Part shown: piece after piece, positions 1-8,949 of the stretch
Layout: every line of letters begins with the position of its first letter
Numbering within the stretch: position 1 is the stretch's first letter
IMG/VR virus record: IMGVR_UViG_3300029787_005452
Span: 96,001 to 160,000 of that record
Reading direction: 5' to 3' (one strand)
Length of the DNA stretch: 64,000 nucleotides
Source: a virus
The notes under the pieces: model-generated
Databases searched by the model: none
The model's input: the letters and a program-made list of their open reading frames with translations, nothing else
Told to the model about the DNA's origin: nothing
Position numbers and translations under genes: made by a program

Positions 1-2
1 CG

Positions 3-1160
3 ATGCAAAATCAACCGATACAGTTTCAGCAGCCGGCACCACCTCCGCAACCAAAAGAAAATGAATTACCGCGATTTTTAAATTATTATGCAGATTATTC
101 TGGTTGCGGTCATTGGAGAATGATATGGCCTGAACAGATTATGAACGCTCATAGTAAAGCTTGTGTACACGGGACAACAGTGATGAATTTAGATGAGCGA
201 TATTATGTTCAAACGAAAGGTGTTCGTATTCAAAGACAAGCTACTCCTCAGCAATTACAATTTGTAAAGTGGTTAAGACAATTAGCAGATAAAAATAATT
301 TTAGATTAATTTATGAAATTGATGATATATGTTTTTCTGAAGATATACCAGACTATAACAAATATAAAACGGCATTTACCGACCCTACTATTAGACAATC
401 AGCTCAAGAAATGATGTCTATATGCGATGAAATTACTGTTACATGCCCGTTTATGAGAGATTATTATAGAGATAAAACTGGTAATAAAAATGTTACAGTT
501 GTACCAAATTTTATGCCAAAGTTTTGGATTGACAGATTCTATGATAATTCTAGATCAATGGAAAGCTATGATCGTAATAAAAGAAAACCGAGAATTTTAT
601 ATGCAGGCTCCGGAGCTCATTTTGATGTTGAACAAAGAGTTAAATTTAAAGATGATTTCCACCATGTTAATGATGTTATAAGAAAAACAGTTGATAAGTT
701 TCAATGGGTGTTTTTAGGGGCTCACCCTTTACCGTTGATAGATTTAGTTCGGTCTGGTAAAGTAGAATTCCATCCATGGAAAAAACTATATGAATACGGT
801 AAAGGTTTATATGATTTAAATGTTAATATGTTAGTTGCGCCTTTACAAGATAATATTTTTAACCGTTCGAAATCAGATTTAAAATATATAGAATCTTGTG
901 CATTAGGATTACCCATTGCTTGTCAAGATATGTGTACATATGAAAACGCTCCTATAAAATTTAAAACCGGAGATGAAATGATTAATCAAATAGAGCACAC
1001 TCTGCAAGATAGAAAACGTTATAAAGCTCTTTGCAGAAAAGGTCGTCAATATGCCGATACAAGGTGGTTGGAAGATGATAAAAATATTGATTGTTATTTA
1101 GAATTATATCAATATGGAGTTAATGACTCAAAAAGGGTTAATTTATCTAGATATAATTAG
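3..1160 (+). CDS. Glycosyltransferase, GT-B (GT4-like); 5' end may lie outside window
   Basis: C-terminal FNRSKSDLKYIESCALGLPIAC matches the KSxxK..E...G.P donor-binding motif; N-terminal YSGCGHWRMIWP and YEIDD are typical of phage GT-B proteins. Confidence 0.75.
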   Translation: MQNQPIQFQQPAPPPQPKENELPRFLNYYADYSGCGHWRMIWPEQIMNAHSKACVHGTTVMNLDERYYVQTKGVRIQRQATPQQLQFVKWLRQLADKNNFRLIYEIDDICFSEDIPDYNKYKTAFTDPTIRQSAQEMMSICDEITVTCPFMRDYYRDKTGNKNVTVVPNFMPKFWIDRFYDNSRSMESYDRNKRKPRILYAGSGAHFDVEQRVKFKDDFHHVNDVIRKTVDKFQWVFLGAHPLPLIDLVRSGKVEFHPWKKLYEYGKGLYDLNVNMLVAPLQDNIFNRSKSDLKYIESCALGLPIACQDMCTYENAPIKFKTGDEMINQIEHTLQDRKRYKALCRKGRQYADTRWLEDDKNIDCYLELYQYGVNDSKRVNLSRYN

Positions 1161-1175
1161 GAACTGTTATATAAT
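1148..1175 (+). promoter_or_regulatory. sigma70-type promoter for DNA polymerase
   Basis: TAGATA-N16-TATAAT-N6-GTG(1182). Confidence 0.6.
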
Positions 1176-1181
1176 TAATGG

Positions 1182-3737
1182 GTGAGTTACCGTAATATAT
1201 ATTATGATCCCCGTGAAAGATGTATTAATTTATTTACCTGGGATACTGATGGTAAAAGAATTAAAGTAACTACATCTTATGATCCATATCTTTACGTTGA
1301 AGGTAAAGGTGAATATGAATCTATATTCGGTACTAAGTTAGTTAAAAAGAGTTTTAGAACTCAGTACGATAGATACAAGTATATTAAGGATACAGGAATT
1401 AAAAGGGTGTTTGAAAATCAACCTGCAGTCCAGCAATACTTGATTGATACATTTTGGAAGGTTAATGAAATGTCTGACTTTAGTAAGAATCCTATTAAAG
1501 TAATGTTTTTAGATATTGAGACTTATTCACCAGATGAATTTCCTAATCCTCAAGACCCGACCCATACTTGTAATGTTATAACTTGTTTTGATTCCCTAAA
1601 TCGTCATTATCATACGTTTGGTTTAGGTGAGTTTATTAATAAAGATACTGATGTAACTTATGTTAAATGCTCTTCTGAAAGGGAGTTATTTATGAAATTT
1701 GTTGAGTATGTTGAAAAGGATTACCCTGATATTATGTCAGGTTGGAATAGTGAGTTTTTTGATTTACCGTATATATTAAATAGATGTACTCGTATACTTG
1801 GAGAAGAATGGACTAATAGAATATCACCATCTGGTAATGTTTATAGTAGAACTATACGTGGTCAGTTTGGTCAAGAGCAAACAAGATGGTATGTTGAAGG
1901 TATTTCATTGATTGACTATTTAGACGTATATAAACGTTTCTCAGTAGGTATTAAAGAAAGTTATAAACTTGATGCAATTGGTGAGGCTGAGTTAGGTGAA
2001 AAGAAAGTAGATTTCGGTAATATGAATCTTGCAACTCTGGCTGATACTGATTGGCAAACGTTTGTTGAATATAATATTCAAGACGTTAGACTGCTAACTA
2101 ACTTAGAAGATAAACTAAAGTATACAGAACTAATCAAGATGTTAGCTTATGTAGGTTTAACTACCTTTGAAGCTGCTATGGGTTCTTTGTCAGTAATTAA
2201 TGGTGCAACTGCAGTTATATCAAGAAAGCGTGGTCAGTGTGTACCATCATTTATTAGGAATGAAGATACAGGTAAAAACCCCGGTGCTTTTGTTGGTGAA
2301 CCTTTAAAAGGTTTTCAAGAAAATATTATATCGTTTGATGCTAACTCTCTATATCCTAATGTTATGATATCTCTTAATATGTCTCCGGAGACTAAAGTGG
2401 GTAAGATTGAAGATAAGAATAATAATGAAATAGTTATACGACATGCCAATGGTCAGGTCTTTACTTTAACACATGAAAAGTTTTTAAAGTTCTGTAAAAA
2501 GGAAGAAATAGCTATTAGTAAAGCAAACGTATTATTTACTCAAAGGTTTAAAGGGGTAATGCCTGAAATTTTAGACTACTATTATGATAAGAGAGTTGCA
2601 GTTAAAACTAAACTCGGTAAACTAAAAAGACAATATAGTAAAAATAAAAATAAAGAACTTAAATTTGAGATAGAACAATTAGATGCAAAGCAGTTATGTA
2701 TTAAAGTTTTGATTAATTCTATTTACGGTTACTTTGGTAACAAGCATGCACCTTTTGGTGATGATGATATTGCAGCTTCAATTACATTGACCGGTCAAGC
2801 AGTTATTAAACAATCAAATGAATTACTAAAAAGGTACATAAAGGAAAAAGCTAATATTGAAGATGAAAAAACTCTTAATGATTGTATCATTTATAACGAT
2901 ACTGATAGTAGTTATATTTCAGTTAAACCTCTCGTTAAAGCAGGTTTAACTTTTACTGATGAAAATGGTAAATTAACTCAAGCATTTCATGATGAAGTAC
3001 AGAATATTGAAGATTTCTTAAATGATGAAATTAAAGTATGGGGTGGTAAAAACTTAAATTCTAAAGACTGTAGATTTATCTTTAAACGTGAGGTTATAGC
3101 TGATACCGGTATATTCTTACAGAAAAAACGTTACGTGATGCATATATTAGATGATGAAGGTATACCAATGGATAAGTATAAGTATACTGGGGTTGAGGTT
3201 GTTAGAAGTACAATGCCTGATGCTATTAAACCTCATGTAAAAGGTATAATTGAGACGATGCTATCAACTCAAAATATAGCTAAAACTAATGCTGTACTTG
3301 ATAAAACGTATAAAATATTTAAAGACTTACCAGTTGAAGATATTACGTTTGTATCAGGGTTAAAAGGTTATGAAAAATATGCAGGTCAATGTGATGGTTG
3401 GAAGACTGCAAAGGGTATGCCTATCCATGTTAAAGCTGCTTACTACCATAATTTGTTACTTGAAAAGTTTGATATAGAAAAAAAATATGAAACTATTAGT
3501 TCAGGTGATAAGGTTAGATACTTTTATTTACAACAACCAAACCCGTATAATTTACCAAGTTTAGCATACAAGTATTATTACCCAGAAGAGTTTAAAAAGA
3601 TATTTCACGTTGATTATGATAAAATGTTTGAAAAAAATTTATATGCAGTTATAGAAAGATTTTATGAAAACGTTAAATGGTCTATTCAAAAGCCAGGTAA
3701 TGCAGTTCAAACTAATTTATTTGATTTATTAAGTTGA
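1182..3737 (+). CDS. gp43: Family B DNA polymerase (T4 gp43-like), GTG start
   Basis: ExoI DIETYS, ExoII GWNSEFFD, ExoIII YNIQD, Pol A SFDANSLYP, Pol B KVLINSIYG, Pol C YNDTDS, KKRY, TGVEVVRS. Confidence 0.97.
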   Translation: MSYRNIYYDPRERCINLFTWDTDGKRIKVTTSYDPYLYVEGKGEYESIFGTKLVKKSFRTQYDRYKYIKDTGIKRVFENQPAVQQYLIDTFWKVNEMSDFSKNPIKVMFLDIETYSPDEFPNPQDPTHTCNVITCFDSLNRHYHTFGLGEFINKDTDVTYVKCSSERELFMKFVEYVEKDYPDIMSGWNSEFFDLPYILNRCTRILGEEWTNRISPSGNVYSRTIRGQFGQEQTRWYVEGISLIDYLDVYKRFSVGIKESYKLDAIGEAELGEKKVDFGNMNLATLADTDWQTFVEYNIQDVRLLTNLEDKLKYTELIKMLAYVGLTTFEAAMGSLSVINGATAVISRKRGQCVPSFIRNEDTGKNPGAFVGEPLKGFQENIISFDANSLYPNVMISLNMSPETKVGKIEDKNNNEIVIRHANGQVFTLTHEKFLKFCKKEEIAISKANVLFTQRFKGVMPEILDYYYDKRVAVKTKLGKLKRQYSKNKNKELKFEIEQLDAKQLCIKVLINSIYGYFGNKHAPFGDDDIAASITLTGQAVIKQSNELLKRYIKEKANIEDEKTLNDCIIYNDTDSSYISVKPLVKAGLTFTDENGKLTQAFHDEVQNIEDFLNDEIKVWGGKNLNSKDCRFIFKREVIADTGIFLQKKRYVMHILDDEGIPMDKYKYTGVEVVRSTMPDAIKPHVKGIIETMLSTQNIAKTNAVLDKTYKIFKDLPVEDITFVSGLKGYEKYAGQCDGWKTAKGMPIHVKAAYYHNLLLEKFDIEKKYETISSGDKVRYFYLQQPNPYNLPSLAYKYYYPEEFKKIFHVDYDKMFEKNLYAVIERFYENVKWSIQKPGNAVQTNLFDLLS

Positions 3738-3761
3738 TTTATATAAAATAGATAATAAAAT
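3734..3761 (+). promoter_or_regulatory. sigma70-type promoter
   Basis: TTGATT-N16-TAAAAT-N6-ATG(3768). Confidence 0.7.
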
Positions 3762-3767
3762 ATTGGT

Positions 3768-4145
3768 ATGGCAGAAAAAAATTATATTACATTTATTGAT
3801 AACGCTGGTCGAGCTATTTTTGGCGAGGTAGATACTGAAACTGATGTTTCATTGAAGGTTAAAAACCCTGTTATGATTACAGTTCAACAGCAACAAAACG
3901 GTCAAATGGCAGTACAGCTATTTCCATTATTTTTCCAAGAATTTGTAGTACCAGGTGAAGGAGACGTTAGAAATAATTTCTTCACATATCCAAAGAGTGG
4001 TATTGCAGTGGGTTCAGATTTTGAAATCGAACCAAGAATCGTTGAGCAATATCAACGTATTGTAACACCACAATTGGTAGCAGCAGATACTCCTAATAAC
4101 GAAGGTGGGGAACCGGAAGTCATTAAGCTTTTTGATGACGAATAA
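3768..4145 (+). CDS. Hypothetical protein, probably beta-rich (Sm/SH3-like barrel)
   Basis: 125 aa with own promoter; beta-strand pattern IFGEV...LKVKNPVMI...VQLFP; acidic tail. Confidence 0.55.
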   Translation: MAEKNYITFIDNAGRAIFGEVDTETDVSLKVKNPVMITVQQQQNGQMAVQLFPLFFQEFVVPGEGDVRNNFFTYPKSGIAVGSDFEIEPRIVEQYQRIVTPQLVAADTPNNEGGEPEVIKLFDDE

Positions 4146-4169
4146 AAGAAATAAAATGTAATTATTATT

Positions 4170-4198
4170 AGCCTCTCATATTAAAAGTATGAGAGGCT
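4170..4198. terminator. Perfect 11-bp hairpin, possible terminator or processing site
   Basis: AGCCTCTCATA-ttaaaag-TATGAGAGGCT; no clear U-tract on either strand. Confidence 0.4.
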
Positions 4199-4206
4199 TA
4201 CTATGT

Positions 4207-4431
4207 ATGACTCCTCAAGAAATATTTGATTATAAATTAGGATGGAAATCTTATGGTTTTTCCATCCCATTTCATTCTGATTGGGAAATGGAATATACGG
4301 ATTTTTGTAAAGAAAATTTTAATAAATGGCAATGGGATATATACAGATGGACAAATGTTTATGAGCATACAATGTTGTTTGAAAAAATAAAAGATGCTGA
4401 TAAGTTTAAGGAATTCATTGATAAACGTTAA
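4207..4431 (+). CDS. Small hypothetical protein (alternative start 4189 lies inside the hairpin)
   Basis: MTPQEIFDYKLGWK..., aromatic-rich, fills gap before uvsX. Confidence 0.6.
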   Translation: MTPQEIFDYKLGWKSYGFSIPFHSDWEMEYTDFCKENFNKWQWDIYRWTNVYEHTMLFEKIKDADKFKEFIDKR

Positions 4432-4445
4432 ACATATACTATAAT
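4418..4445 (+). promoter_or_regulatory. sigma70-type promoter for uvsX-queC
   Basis: TTGATA-N16-TATAAT-N7-ATG(4453). Confidence 0.7.
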
Positions 4446-4452
4446 AGTATAT

Positions 4453-5553
4453 ATGAGTAAAGAAATTGATGATATTTTATCTGTAATTGATAAATCTAAT
4501 CCTTATGCATCTTTCTTAAACGAAAGTGCTATTAGTAATGTAGATGGTTGGTTAGATACTGGATCGATGGTACTAAATGGTATCGTATCAGGTTCATTAT
4601 TTGGTGGTATACCTAAAAATAGAATGACCTTATTAGCTGGTCCAAGTATGACGGGTAAGAGTTTTATATTACAGAAAATATTAGCTAATGCTCAAAAGGA
4701 AGGTTTAATACCAGTTATATTTGATAGTGAAAATGCTATTGATAGAGATGGTGCTGCTGCTTTGGGGTTAGATGTTAGTAAAGTAAAATATGTACCTGTA
4801 TTTAGTATTGAAGAATGTCGTAATACTATTTTTGACTTCTTAACTAAAGTGAAAGAAAATGGTCAAGAAGGTAAATTTATTATAGCTATTGATTCATTAG
4901 GTAATATGGAAAGTCAATTACAAATTAATCGCCAGACTAAGGGTAATGTAAGTGCTGATATGGGTAGTAGAGCTAAAGCTATGAAATCTTTATTACGTAC
5001 CTTAACCCAGTTATCAGGGTTAACCAAAACTACTATTTTAGCCACTAATCATATATATGAAGATCCAGCTGCATTATTTCCTTCTTTAGTTAAAGCAATG
5101 CCTGGTGGTACCGCTACCGTTTACCTACCTTCAGTAACTATTCAGTTGGCTCGTAAACCTGTTAAAGAAGATAAAAATACCGATGGTAAGTTAGCCGTAG
5201 GTCAGAAAAATTATTCAGGAGTTATTCTGAGAGCGTTAACTGTAAAGAATAGATTTGTTAAGCAATACTTGCAAGGTGAAATGTATCTATCATTCGATAA
5301 AGGTCTAAACAAGTATTATGGTTTATTAGATCTTGCAGTAGGTTTAGGTGCAGTTATACAAACAGGATCTACTTATACGTTACCAGATGGTAAAAAACTT
5401 GGATATTATAGTAAGTGGAAAGATGATACGGAACTTTGGGATAATACTATTATACCGGTAGTTGAAGAAAAAATTAAGCAAGAATGGAAATATAGTAATA
5501 AGTCATATGAAGAAGAAATTATACCAGACGAAGTAAATGATGAAGAAGACTAA
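4453..5553 (+). CDS. uvsX: RecA-like recombinase (UvsX)
   Basis: LDTGSMVLNGIVSG, Walker A AGPSMTGKS, FDSE, Walker B IAIDSLG, MPGG, KNRF. Confidence 0.93.
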   Translation: MSKEIDDILSVIDKSNPYASFLNESAISNVDGWLDTGSMVLNGIVSGSLFGGIPKNRMTLLAGPSMTGKSFILQKILANAQKEGLIPVIFDSENAIDRDGAAALGLDVSKVKYVPVFSIEECRNTIFDFLTKVKENGQEGKFIIAIDSLGNMESQLQINRQTKGNVSADMGSRAKAMKSLLRTLTQLSGLTKTTILATNHIYEDPAALFPSLVKAMPGGTATVYLPSVTIQLARKPVKEDKNTDGKLAVGQKNYSGVILRALTVKNRFVKQYLQGEMYLSFDKGLNKYYGLLDLAVGLGAVIQTGSTYTLPDGKKLGYYSKWKDDTELWDNTIIPVVEEKIKQEWKYSNKSYEEEIIPDEVNDEED

Positions 5554-6286
5554 AATAGTAATAACATTATCAGGCGGTATGGATTCGTCTGTACTATTAT
5601 ATAAAGCAGCTAAACAATATAAAGAAGTTCATACTGTAACGTTCGATTACGGTCAAAGACATGATTTAGAGTTGCAAGCAGCAGAAAGACAATTAGTTAA
5701 TGTTAAGCATGATTTTCCTAATGTATTATTTACTAATAAATTATTAGATGTAAAATATATTAAGGATATAGCTGATACATCTTCTTTAACTAATGATAAT
5801 ATTGATACACCCGACGTAAAAGATGTAATGGGCGAAGCTCAACCTAAGTCATATGTACCTTTTCGTAACATGATGTTTTTAAGTATCTTACTATCGTATG
5901 CTGAAAAATTAAAAGCTGAAGAAGTATGGTATGGTGCTGCTGAAGCAGATAGTTTAGCAGGTTACTGGGATGGTTCAGTACAATTTGTAGATAAAATGAA
6001 TCAAATATGTTTGTTAAATAGGGAAATTGATGTAAGTGTTAGAGCCCCTCTTCTAGAAATGAGTAAAAAAGATATTATTTTACATGGAGTTGAATTAGGA
6101 GTTAATTTTGGTGATACTTATACTTGTTATTCCGGAGAATATCCGTGTGATGCAAATAGTGCAAGCAGTGCATTAAGATTAAAGGGGTTTGTAGATGCGG
6201 GTTTACGAGACCCGTTACCTTATAAACAGCAAGACAAATTAGATTCAGTTTATAGGGATAATAACTGTAAGTCTATTATAGCCTAA
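5537..6286 (+). CDS. queC: QueC-family (7-cyano-7-deazaguanine synthase-like) PP-loop ATPase with degenerate Zn site
   Basis: PP-loop LSGGMDS, FDYGQRH, SYVPFRNMMFLS, TYTCYSG...LRLKGF. Confidence 0.85.
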   Translation: MMKKTKIVITLSGGMDSSVLLYKAAKQYKEVHTVTFDYGQRHDLELQAAERQLVNVKHDFPNVLFTNKLLDVKYIKDIADTSSLTNDNIDTPDVKDVMGEAQPKSYVPFRNMMFLSILLSYAEKLKAEEVWYGAAEADSLAGYWDGSVQFVDKMNQICLLNREIDVSVRAPLLEMSKKDIILHGVELGVNFGDTYTCYSGEYPCDANSASSALRLKGFVDAGLRDPLPYKQQDKLDSVYRDNNCKSIIA

Positions 6287-6299
6287 TAAAAATACCTTA

Positions 6300-7667
6300 C
6301 TAGCTACCCGTAGCTGCTGCTTTTGCAAGCTTTAAATATTTTCTATAAGCAGTAGCGTCTTTACCACTTAACCTATTAATAGCTGATCTAGTCATATTTG
6401 CAAATTTTCTACCAAGCATATCTTGACCTCTTTCAGCAGCACCTTGTACAGTTCTAGCACTTGGCATTGTATCTTTTATATCTTTTATACGTTGAGCTTG
6501 GTCAGCAGCCATTTGTGTTGTTTGTTTAACTGCATCAGCATTAGCTGCTACCTCTTTAGCTGCTGAAGCAGCTTGTAATTTATTCGTTATAGCTCCAGTT
6601 ACTCCACCAGCAACACCACCAGCAGCTGCGCCTGCTAATCCTTTGGTTAATGCCCCTTTACCGGCTGCTTTTGCAACTGCTTTAAATCTATCCTTTCCTG
6701 TCAATTCACCTTTAGTATCTTTCATACCTTTAATCGTACCGGTTACAGCTCCAGTTGCTGCACCAATACCACCGCCTTTTAATGCACCGGCTAAAATCAT
6801 TGGTGCAACTGCTGGCGCTGCCGCGGCTACTACACCTAGAATTGCTAAAGCACCAACTGATGTTTTTATTGGATTTGCTTTTACATAATTATATGCTTTC
6901 TTAATAAACCCACCAACGTCAACGGTTTTGCTACCTAAACCGGTTTTGAACCCATCCCCTTGTTGTGGTTGAGCAGGTGCTTGTTGTGGTTGCGCCCCAC
7001 CTTGTTGTGGTTGAGCAGGTGCTTGTTGAGCTGCAGCAAAATTTTGTGCAATACTCTTACTAGGATCATAATTTACAATTTTAGCTTTATCTGGATTTTT
7101 TTGAAAGTATTGTGCTACACCACCAGCTTGACGATATGCATTTCTAAATTCATCTCTATTTTTAAAACCTAAACTTTTAGCATAACTAGCCTCGCTATCT
7201 TCATCATTATATTTTTCTATAATTAAATTTGCTTTATCTTCTGATACAATACCTTCATTAAATACAATTTGTGAAAATATATAATGATTGGTATAATATT
7301 CATTACTTTCATTTGTTGTACTAATACCTTGTTGAATTTTTTGTTGCTCTTGTTTACCTTGAGCTAAAATAGCATCCATTGCAGCTTTATCACCTTGTGC
7401 TGCTTGAAGTTTCTTTAAGGTTTCAGGGTCATTTTTAGATAAAAACTGTATTGCTTTATTAATTATAGGTTGTAATAATTTTTTAGTTGCAAAATCTTTA
7501 ACCCCTTTACCAGCAGCGGCCGCTTTTTGTTTAAATTTATCAAAAAGACCTTCTTTAATAAGAAATTTTTCAAATTCAACTAGATCAGCTTCTAATAAAG
7601 ATTCTAGATCATTATTATGTATTTTTTTAAAATAATTTTCAAAAATTAATTCAGTATCTTTATTCAT
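6300..7667 (-). CDS. Late Gly/Ala/Gln-rich protein, candidate internal head or ejection protein
   Basis: TAAATA-N5-ATG; N-terminus MNKDTELIFE; hydrophobic Gly-zipper segments; QQAPAQPQQG repeat. Confidence 0.6.
   Translation of the reverse strand: MNKDTELIFENYFKKIHNNDLESLLEADLVEFEKFLIKEGLFDKFKQKAAAAGKGVKDFATKKLLQPIINKAIQFLSKNDPETLKKLQAAQGDKAAMDAILAQGKQEQQKIQQGISTTNESNEYYTNHYIFSQIVFNEGIVSEDKANLIIEKYNDEDSEASYAKSLGFKNRDEFRNAYRQAGGVAQYFQKNPDKAKIVNYDPSKSIAQNFAAAQQAPAQPQQGGAQPQQAPAQPQQGDGFKTGLGSKTVDVGGFIKKAYNYVKANPIKTSVGALAILGVVAAAAPAVAPMILAGALKGGGIGAATGAVTGTIKGMKDTKGELTGKDRFKAVAKAAGKGALTKGLAGAAAGGVAGGVTGAITNKLQAASAAKEVAANADAVKQTTQMAADQAQRIKDIKDTMPSARTVQGAAERGQDMLGRKFANMTRSAINRLSGKDATAYRKYLKLAKAAATGS
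6959..7030 (-). repeat. 21-nt-based tandem repeat encoding QQAPAQPQQG(G) linker
   Basis: ttgttgtggttgagcaggtgc recurs about 42 nt apart with a variant unit between. Confidence 0.8.
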
Positions 7668-7672
7668 AATAT

Positions 7673-7678
7673 TATTTA
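7673..7678 (-). promoter_or_regulatory. T4-like late promoter overlapping upstream TAA stop
   Basis: TAAATA-N5-ATG(7667); its TAA is the stop of the 8902 gene. Confidence 0.7.
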
Positions 7679-8902
7679 ATACCCGTGTCTATAATTTCTT
7701 TCGTGGGTATGAGCATTTTGCATTCTTTGTCTGTACTGATTAAGCAGGTAATTATTTATTTCTTGTTGAGACATTGCAACTTGCTCTTCTTCTTCTGATT
7801 CTGATTTTTTTCTAAGCTTACCTGTAACTGGGCATCTTTCTGCATCTTCAGCAGGTTCGTCTTCATCCTCATAATGATCAGCAACTGCTCTTGCATGAGC
7901 TTGACCAGCTCTTTCTTGCTCTTTCTTCATAGCGTTATCAATAGCCTCTTTTCTTGCTTTTCCATATTCTTTAATTTCACCATCATCATCTAAATCTTTA
8001 TCTAAAGGATGAACTTGTTTTGGATCATTTTCCTCATCACTCATTGGGCAGTCTTCAGCATCTTCATCATCATCATCTCCGAAAGCTGCTTTAGCACGAG
8101 CATGTTCATATTCAGAAACTTTACCATCTTTATCAAGATCAGCTTTCTTATAATCTATTTCATCTTCAGGAGCTACACCAAACTGATCTCTTTGACTCAT
8201 ATGCATAACAGCGTTTATTGCATTTGACATACCATCTTCCTCACCTTCAGGAAAATCAGCAACTAATTTTTCTCTATCACCCATTTCAATTTCACCACCA
8301 AATTTATCAACTTTTTCCGTTTCACTAGGTTTGACAATAACAACCGATACTACATCATCTTGGGATATATCGTCTAAATTAATTTTAGTACCTTTAAAAG
8401 TATTAAGTGTAACTCTATACTTTAAACCATCACTCACGACTGTATAAAGATCATTATCACCGACACCGCCCTCAGATTTTAATGTTGTATCATCACCTAA
8501 ATTTAATTGTAACGTCTCAAAACCAGTATCACCTTTCTTGAGACCTTCTTTAGCAGCCCCTCTTTCTCTTGTTGTAATTTTTACATCTGATCTACCTGCT
8601 AAAGGTTTAGAAACTTGTGAGACTACATTTATTGCATTTTGAATATCATCATTTGATAAATTTTCTAAGTCTAATTCAGGGTTTTCTTTTTGTAAAAATC
8701 TAATTACTTTAGTTGCAAAATATCTAGGTGTCATTGTACCTTTTAAATCCCGGATATCTTCCATTCCCATTAGTTTAGCTCTAATAGGGTCCACAATTTT
8801 TTTACCCCTAGCTTCTTCAACGATATCAAAATCTTCATTATCCATGTAACTTGATGTATTTTCAGTTATTATTTTTCTATTTGACCAGTTATTTAAACTC
8901 AT
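7676..8902 (-). CDS. Late acidic protein with EF-hand-like loops, candidate prohead core or internal protein
   Basis: TAAATA-N5-ATG; KIITE near N-terminus; DLDKDGKVSEYE and DLDDDGEIKEYG; very Asp/Glu-rich. Confidence 0.6.
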   Translation of the reverse strand: MSLNNWSNRKIITENTSSYMDNEDFDIVEEARGKKIVDPIRAKLMGMEDIRDLKGTMTPRYFATKVIRFLQKENPELDLENLSNDDIQNAINVVSQVSKPLAGRSDVKITTRERGAAKEGLKKGDTGFETLQLNLGDDTTLKSEGGVGDNDLYTVVSDGLKYRVTLNTFKGTKINLDDISQDDVVSVVIVKPSETEKVDKFGGEIEMGDREKLVADFPEGEEDGMSNAINAVMHMSQRDQFGVAPEDEIDYKKADLDKDGKVSEYEHARAKAAFGDDDDEDAEDCPMSDEENDPKQVHPLDKDLDDDGEIKEYGKARKEAIDNAMKKEQERAGQAHARAVADHYEDEDEPAEDAERCPVTGKLRKKSESEEEEQVAMSQQEINNYLLNQYRQRMQNAHTHERNYRHGY

Positions 8903-8907
8903 ATTAT

Positions 8908-8941
8908 TATTTATTGATTTTTTTTAATTTTATACTATAAT
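8908..8941. promoter_or_regulatory. Back-to-back late (minus) and sigma70-type (plus) promoters
   Basis: minus TAAATA 8908-8913, N5 to ATG 8902; plus TTGATT(8914)-N16-TATAAT-N8-ATG(8950). Confidence 0.7.
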
Positions 8942-8949
8942 ATAGATAT

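Noticed and set aside
2887-2910. YNDTDS instead of YGDTDS in polymerase motif C as adaptation to modified nucleotides
   Set aside because: This position varies among T4-like polymerases; catalytic DTDS is intact, so it is not informative alone
5537-6286. Firm call of dG+ or dPreQ0 DNA modification
   Set aside because: No dpdA, folE, queD or queE in the window; kept only as a hypothesis
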